From positions 186,001 through 250,000 of IMG/VR virus record IMGVR_UViG_3300035182_002586: a stretch of 64,000 bases of DNA, one strand, 5' to 3'. How positions within the stretch are numbered: position 1 is the first letter of the stretch; each line of letters begins with the position of its first letter. The notes beneath the pieces were generated by a model that was given only the letters and a program-made list of their open reading frames with translations, was not told the origin of the DNA and did no database searches. This document shows, piece after piece, positions 58,707-64,000 of this stretch. The translations under genes were made by a program, and so were the position numbers.

Positions 58707-61700
58707 TCAGACGTAGGTGACTTCGAGTTGGGCCATCTTGCAGGTTGCCTGGTCACCTGCCGTTGGCGACCCCACCAACGCGATCTGTACTTCGTAGTCG
58801 TGCTCGGCTCCGGCTGCGAGGTTGCCGGAGATGTCGACCGAGGAAAGAAGCACCGGCGTCGCCGACGATGTAGAGAGCGTCGAGCTGGTCACCACCGAAG
58901 CCGAGGTCAGGTCGTAGAGCCGGATCTGTGCGGTGAGTCCGTTCGTGCTCTCCAGGTATGCTTTGAATTTGATCCGCTTGGTCGACCCTCCATCGAGGGT
59001 CGGGAAGTAGTGGTTCGGATTGAACCGGATGAGTCCAATGCCGGTGAACGCCGTCGTACCCGTTGACTGCGCCCCAGAGACTCCGTACGCCGCAGCGTAG
59101 GTCCTCGCCGAGAGACGAGTGCCACCCGGAGCCCCGAGACTCTTCAAGGCGTCCAAGACCCCTTGAACGTTGGTAGAACCGAACGTCGGCGTGTTCGTGT
59201 CCACGTAGGCCACTGCCGAAGCGTTGGTGGTGCCACCAACGCTCAACGCTGACCAAGCACCGTTTGCCCGAACGTAGGCAGTTGTGGCGGCTACCGTGGA
59301 CCCCTGAACGAGGTAGAACGAACCGTCTGGCGCCGAACCAGATGGTGCGCCTACACCACTGGAGATTGCCGGTAGCGTCGGCCCTCCAAGATAGAGGGCC
59401 GTCGATGCCCCCAGAACGAGTTGGTTGAGACCGACGTATGCCTGCTCTGCACCGGAGATACTGAAAGACACCTTCCCGGCCGCTCCCGCGCCCACAGGCG
59501 AGGGGACAGTCAAGACGATGTTGCCCGGGGACGTGTTCAGGGCCGCCGATGCCCACGGGGCCTGCGACGTGATCGTCAGGGCGTGGGTCGCGTGGTCGGA
59601 GGTCGCCGTGGCCTGCGTGATGAGGGGGTTCTGGTTTTCTTCCCACCGGAACGTCCCGGTGCGCATCGTGACGACACCGCCTGAACCCGTAAGTGCCGTG
59701 ACCTGCGGGCTTGCATACGTGTTCGTCAGGTCTCCCGCAGAGAAGTTGGGTAGGTCGGCCGTGCTAATGGTCGTGTAGGTGAGCTGCGTGGGAGAAGTCG
59801 CTTTGATGAAGTGCCCCGAGGAGGGCGCGAACCCAGGGGCACTCACCCCGTTGAGCTTTGCGACCGTCGGGCCCGGATAGCTTCCAGAAAGGTCCCCCGA
59901 AGCAGGGCCCGTTGGAGTTGCTCCACCACCCGTGCCCACGGCAACCCATGACCCACCCTGGTAGGAGTAGAGCGCCGTTGTACCGTCCGTCCCGTCCGTT
60001 CGCATGAAGAGCGAACCGTTGGGCTCCGTGGCCGAGGCAGGGACACCGGTTCCCTTCGTGATGGTCGGCCCGCTCGTCTGGACTGTGAGCTTGCCTGCCG
60101 TGAGCGTCTGCGAGCCGAAGTCCGGGGTGATCTTCGAGCCCGCGATGGCCGCCGACCCCGAGATGTTTGCGTTGACGATGAAGTTCCACGCGGAGACCGT
60201 CCCACTCGTCGCCACCAAGACCGTGTTCGCCGAGGGCGTTGCGTTGACACTCGTGCCGTTGATCTTGGCGACCGTGGGGTTCGGGTACGTCCCCGAGAGG
60301 TCCCCTCCCGCAGGGCCCGTGGGAGGACCACCAGCACCCGCACCGACTTGGTACCAGGCCCCACCCTGCCGGGTGTAGAGACCGTTCGAGCCGTCGGTGC
60401 CATCTGTCTGGATGTAGAGCGAGCCGTTTGCCGGCGTTGTCGCCGGAGCCCCGGTCCCCTTCGTGATCGTCGGACCAGAGGAGCCGACCGTAAACTGCGT
60501 CCCTGCGAGGACCGTCCCCGTCGTCTGGACCGTCTGGCCCCCGAAGTCTGGCGAGATCTTCGTGCCCGCGATGGCCGCTGAGGCCGAGACGTTGGCGTTG
60601 GCCAGATAGCCGTAGGAGAGTGCTGCCGCCCCCGAGACCATCAGGATGTGGCTCGTTGTGAGGCTGCCCGAGACAGGCACCGTCGCGCCGTTGATCTTGG
60701 CCACGGTCGGTCCGGGGTACGTCCCCGAGAGGTCACCCGAAGCCGAGCCCGACGGAGCGCCCAAAGACGCCCACGTTGTGCCCTGACGCACCCAGAGCAC
60801 GTCGGTCGTATCCGCTGCCCCGGTCTTCATGTAGACCGAACCCGTGGGCTCGTTGGCTACGGGTGTCGCCGAGCCCGAGGTCAGCGTCGGAATGCTCGTG
60901 AGCGTCACCGGGTTCACGCCCGTGCCGCCCATGTAGAGCTTCTTACCCGAGGCGATGTTCACGCCCGTGTCGAGAACGTGGGCGATGGCAGCGGGGGTCC
61001 CGTCCTCCCAGACCTGGAGCACACCGGAGATACCCGAGTGCTGGAGGACCTGGATGTACCCCCCGTGCGTCGAGCTGTAGGTGTTGTTCCCGAGCGTGAC
61101 GATGAGCCCACCACCGAAAGCCGCTGCACTGCCAGCGTTTCCGCCAATGACCTGAACGCTGCCGCCCGCGGACGCTGTGATGCCGGGCTTGCCGTGCTGC
61201 CCCTGGAAGATGTAGTTGTAGGCGTCTCCAGAGGGGGAGTTGGAGCTGGCCGGGGCGAACGTGTACGCAGTGACAATCGTGCTGTCGATGGCGAAGAACG
61301 GGGCCACCGCCTGGACGATGCCACTGACGCCAGAGAGGAACGCTACGACGGGGTTGGGATACGACCCTGAAAGATCGCCGCTTGCCGGCCCTGACGTACC
61401 ACCGCCCGAGCCTGCTGAACCGAGCGAGTAGAAGTTGGTTCCGTCCGTGTAGACGATGGCAGAGCCTCCGAAAGGCACCTGTACCGTAAGGCCCGTCGGC
61501 CCCTTCACGTTGACGTTGAACCCACCCGTCGTCGCGTTGCGGACGAACCAGACAGAGCCACTCGTCGAGGCCGCGTTGGCGTTGAGAAGAGGGAAGATGG
61601 CCGTGCGGTCTGCCGGGGTGTTCCCGTAGAACTCGATGACCGGGTGACCGTACTCCGCTGCCGACAACGTGTGATCCGAGATCGCCACATTGATCTGCTG

Positions 61701-63650
61701 GACGGCAGCCCACTGCGGGCTCGACCCCGTGGCGAAGAGGATCTGCGAAACCGTGGCCACCCCAACGGTCAGGGTCCCCGTCGTCAGGATGTTCTGTGAG
61801 CCGAAGCTCGGGTTGATCTTCGTGCCCGCGATGGCGGCCGAAGCGGAGACGTTCGCATCCGCGACGTACCCATAGGAGAGGGCCGAAACCCCGCTCACCT
61901 GGAGGACGTGGCCCGTTGTGAGTGCACCTGCTGCCGGGAGGGTCGCCCCATTGGCCTTGGCCACGGTCGGATTGGGGTAAGTACCGGAGAGGTCGCCCCC
62001 CGCGCTACCAGTCGGCTGCCCGCCACCAAGAGCGAACCATGAGCCGGCCTGGCGCGAGTAGAGCGCAGACGAAGCATCCGTGCCGTCCGTGCGAAGGAAG
62101 AGGGATCCGTTCGCTTCGTTGGAGACGGGCACCCCCGTTCCCGAGGTGAGCGTGGGACCGCTCGTGGAAGCGACCTGGAGCTTCGCGCCCGTGATCGTGC
62201 CGGTTGTCAGGATGTTCTGCGCACCGAAGTTCGGGGAGATCTTCGTACCAGCGATGCCCGCCCCGGAGGCGACGTTCGCATCCCCGATGTAGTCATAGGC
62301 CAGCGCCGACACGCCCGAGACCTGGAGGACATGCCCTGTGGTCAGAGCACCGGAAGCGGGGACGGAGGCTCCGTTGATCTTCACGACCGCAGGGGTCGCC
62401 GCACTTCCGGACAGGTCTCCGGCGAGGATGATGGCGCCCTGCGCGCCGACGGTCGCCGAGGGGAGGTCGCCCGCCGTGAGAGCGGCGTACGTGAGCGATG
62501 TCGCACCGAGAGCCTTGAGGAACTGCCCGGCCAAGGGTGCGGAACCAGGGGCCGTCACCCCATTCAGCTTCGCGACTGTGGGGCTGGGGTACGTCCCCGA
62601 GAGATCTCCGCCAGCGCTGCCCGAAGGTGTCGTGGAGACGGTTGCCCACGTGGGGTCTGCTCCGGCGCCGTTCGTCTGGAGGAGCTGCCCCGAAGAGCCT
62701 GCCGCGAGTCGTGTCCACTGCGTACCATTGAAGAAGAGAACGTCCCCACGAGTCTGGCTGGTGATCGAGAGGTCGGTGATCCCGACGGTCGTAGCGCCGA
62801 TCAGGTTCCCGGCAGCATTCGTACGAACGTAGGCGTTGGCCGCCAGAGAGACCGGGGCGACCCGCGAAACGAGCCAGTCGGTCCCGTCGTAGACCGCCTC
62901 CGCGTCGTACACAGACGTCCCACTGACCGGGGCCGTGAAGGTGGCGATTGCCGGCCCCCCGACACCGTTGTGGAGCACGAACCCGCCCGAGGTCGAAGCG
63001 ATCGAGAGCAGGTAGCGGACCGTCTTGCCGATGGCAGTCCCGGTCGTCACCAGCTCCTCTGTGTAGGCACCGGTTCCTGTGGCGAGCAGGATGCGATAGG
63101 GCTTGTCCGTGCCATCCGTGTACGGAACGACCGACGCCGAGGAGCTGGTGTAGTTGATTCGTTGGACGTTGCCGACCCAACGGCCCACACGCGTGCGAAC
63201 GAACCTCAGATAGGCATCGAGCTGATCGTTCGTTGTAGCGTCCGCTCGACCTGCCCAACCCGCCGCGATCGCCAGTGTGGGCGTCGCGCCGATGTTGTGC
63301 ATGTTTGACGACTGGCCCGGACTCGGAAGGATCATCCCGTCTTCGTCAGCGACGCCGAAGAAGCGGATGTCCACCGTGGTCCCCGAGAGGTCCACACGCG
63401 TCAGCTTGACGAGGTATACGCCGTCGAGGGTCGGAGGGTCGACCGTGGCAACCTGTGCGGTGGGGTTCGTGATGCTAGGTGGCGACGACAGGGGGCTCGG
63501 CCAGGAGACGATCTGCCAGCTCCAGCTCGTCGCTCCAGGGCCGGCAGCGTCCGTGAGAGTGACGGGCAGGCCGCGCACGAAGCCGAGCACCGACTGGCCG
63601 TTGCCGCCGATGTTCGCACCCTGCGTGAACTGGATCATCGCCTGAGCCAT
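58707..63650 (-). CDS. long tail fibre protein built from interspersed repeats
   Basis: 1647 aa; 8 GDLSGxYPxPxV-like units, 5 GxGxP...GSxx...W units and 4 ANxxxxAxIAGxKIxPxFG units. Confidence 0.8.
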   Translation of the reverse strand: MAQAMIQFTQGANIGGNGQSVLGFVRGLPVTLTDAAGPGATSWSWQIVSWPSPLSSPPSITNPTAQVATVDPPTLDGVYLVKLTRVDLSGTTVDIRFFGVADEDGMILPSPGQSSNMHNIGATPTLAIAAGWAGRADATTNDQLDAYLRFVRTRVGRWVGNVQRINYTSSSASVVPYTDGTDKPYRILLATGTGAYTEELVTTGTAIGKTVRYLLSIASTSGGFVLHNGVGGPAIATFTAPVSGTSVYDAEAVYDGTDWLVSRVAPVSLAANAYVRTNAAGNLIGATTVGITDLSITSQTRGDVLFFNGTQWTRLAAGSSGQLLQTNGAGADPTWATVSTTPSGSAGGDLSGTYPSPTVAKLNGVTAPGSAPLAGQFLKALGATSLTYAALTAGDLPSATVGAQGAIILAGDLSGSAATPAVVKINGASVPASGALTTGHVLQVSGVSALAYDYIGDANVASGAGIAGTKISPNFGAQNILTTGTITGAKLQVASTSGPTLTSGTGVPVSNEANGSLFLRTDGTDASSALYSRQAGSWFALGGGQPTGSAGGDLSGTYPNPTVAKANGATLPAAGALTTGHVLQVSGVSALSYGYVADANVSASAAIAGTKINPSFGSQNILTTGTLTVGVATVSQILFATGSSPQWAAVQQINVAISDHTLSAAEYGHPVIEFYGNTPADRTAIFPLLNANAASTSGSVWFVRNATTGGFNVNVKGPTGLTVQVPFGGSAIVYTDGTNFYSLGSAGSGGGTSGPASGDLSGSYPNPVVAFLSGVSGIVQAVAPFFAIDSTIVTAYTFAPASSNSPSGDAYNYIFQGQHGKPGITASAGGSVQVIGGNAGSAAAFGGGLIVTLGNNTYSSTHGGYIQVLQHSGISGVLQVWEDGTPAAIAHVLDTGVNIASGKKLYMGGTGVNPVTLTSIPTLTSGSATPVANEPTGSVYMKTGAADTTDVLWVRQGTTWASLGAPSGSASGDLSGTYPGPTVAKINGATVPVSGSLTTSHILMVSGAAALSYGYLANANVSASAAIAGTKISPDFGGQTVQTTGTVLAGTQFTVGSSGPTITKGTGAPATTPANGSLYIQTDGTDGSNGLYTRQGGAWYQVGAGAGGPPTGPAGGDLSGTYPNPTVAKINGTSVNATPSANTVLVATSGTVSAWNFIVNANISGSAAIAGSKITPDFGSQTLTAGKLTVQTSGPTITKGTGVPASATEPNGSLFMRTDGTDGTTALYSYQGGSWVAVGTGGGATPTGPASGDLSGSYPGPTVAKLNGVSAPGFAPSSGHFIKATSPTQLTYTTISTADLPNFSAGDLTNTYASPQVTALTGSGGVVTMRTGTFRWEENQNPLITQATATSDHATHALTITSQAPWASAALNTSPGNIVLTVPSPVGAGAAGKVSFSISGAEQAYVGLNQLVLGASTALYLGGPTLPAISSGVGAPSGSAPDGSFYLVQGSTVAATTAYVRANGAWSALSVGGTTNASAVAYVDTNTPTFGSTNVQGVLDALKSLGAPGGTRLSARTYAAAYGVSGAQSTGTTAFTGIGLIRFNPNHYFPTLDGGSTKRIKFKAYLESTNGLTAQIRLYDLTSASVVTSSTLSTSSATPVLLSSVDISGNLAAGAEHDYEVQIALVGSPTAGDQATCKMAQLEVTYV

Positions 63651-64000
63651 CAGATCCTCGCACCCCCCGCTCGAAGCGGGGCTAGTCGTCGGTGGATGAA
63701 CGTTGCAGAGACCCCAAGCTGTTTGGCCACTTCCACTTTGGTCAACCCTTGGCTCAGAAGGGAGAGAATCTCAGACGTGCTCAGGTCTGAACGCCAAGCG
63801 TGGTGATTTTGTCCCCCGGCCTTCCCCCGTCGTGAAGCGGACACTTTAGCTCTGACTTCCGCCGACAGCTCTTTGCCCTTCATCGAAGAGGGGCGGCCAA
63901 GATTCGCCAGACGGACGGCATCACGAACATGCGGGGGTCGAGGGACACCGCGCTTTGCGGCTGCGAGCCGTTCGTAGTGTTCCGAAGGGTTCGGATTCCG
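63650..64000 (-). CDS. C-terminal part of a homing endonuclease (NUMOD3 repeats + HTH), runs off the window
   Basis: Frame open to the window edge: ...AKRGVPRPPHVRDAV...KGKELSAEVRAKVSASRRGK...TKVEVAKQLGVS. Confidence 0.7.
   Translation of the reverse strand, partial: RNPNPSEHYERLAAAKRGVPRPPHVRDAVRLANLGRPSSMKGKELSAEVRAKVSASRRGKAGGQNHHAWRSDLSTSEILSLLSQGLTKVEVAKQLGVSATFIHRRLAPLRAGGARI

Noticed and set aside
1-64000. Stop-codon reassignment, as seen in some large phages
   Set aside because: Genes tile densely under the standard code, and TAA, TAG and TGA all end genes at coupled junctions.

Overview
GC-rich segment that reads as part of a very large (probably jumbo) tailed phage genome, most likely of a myxobacterium. 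Host clues are a TIGR04563/MXAN_4361-like ribbon-helix-helix gene and a myxobacterial-style DTG-repeat lipoprotein. Bases 1-22 kb are an accessory/early region of short genes on both strands. It encodes an ADP-ribosylglycohydrolase, a PD-(D/E)xK nuclease plus SNF2 helicase pair, a second SNF2 helicase, a GHKL ATPase with a C-terminal HExxH motif, SIMPL, YkgJ, a DUF6527-like protein, dual-specificity and PPP-family phosphatases, and an HNH nuclease. Bases 22-64 kb are an almost continuous minus-strand late module. It contains very large virion proteins (724-2460 aa), a repeat-built tail fibre, a duplicated fibre cassette, a putative atypical lysis cassette and SpeD. Free-standing HNH/GIY-YIG genes and one plus-strand lipoprotein moron interrupt it. 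The intergenic DNA shows three recurrent promoter-like motifs: GATGGATC-N18-TASWRR (5 copies, exact spacing), GGTGTA (about 11 copies, often with leaderless geometry) and (T)CTTATS before late genes. No rRNA, tRNA, CRISPR array, integrase or reverse transcriptase is visible. All family calls come from motif recognition by eye, with no database searches.
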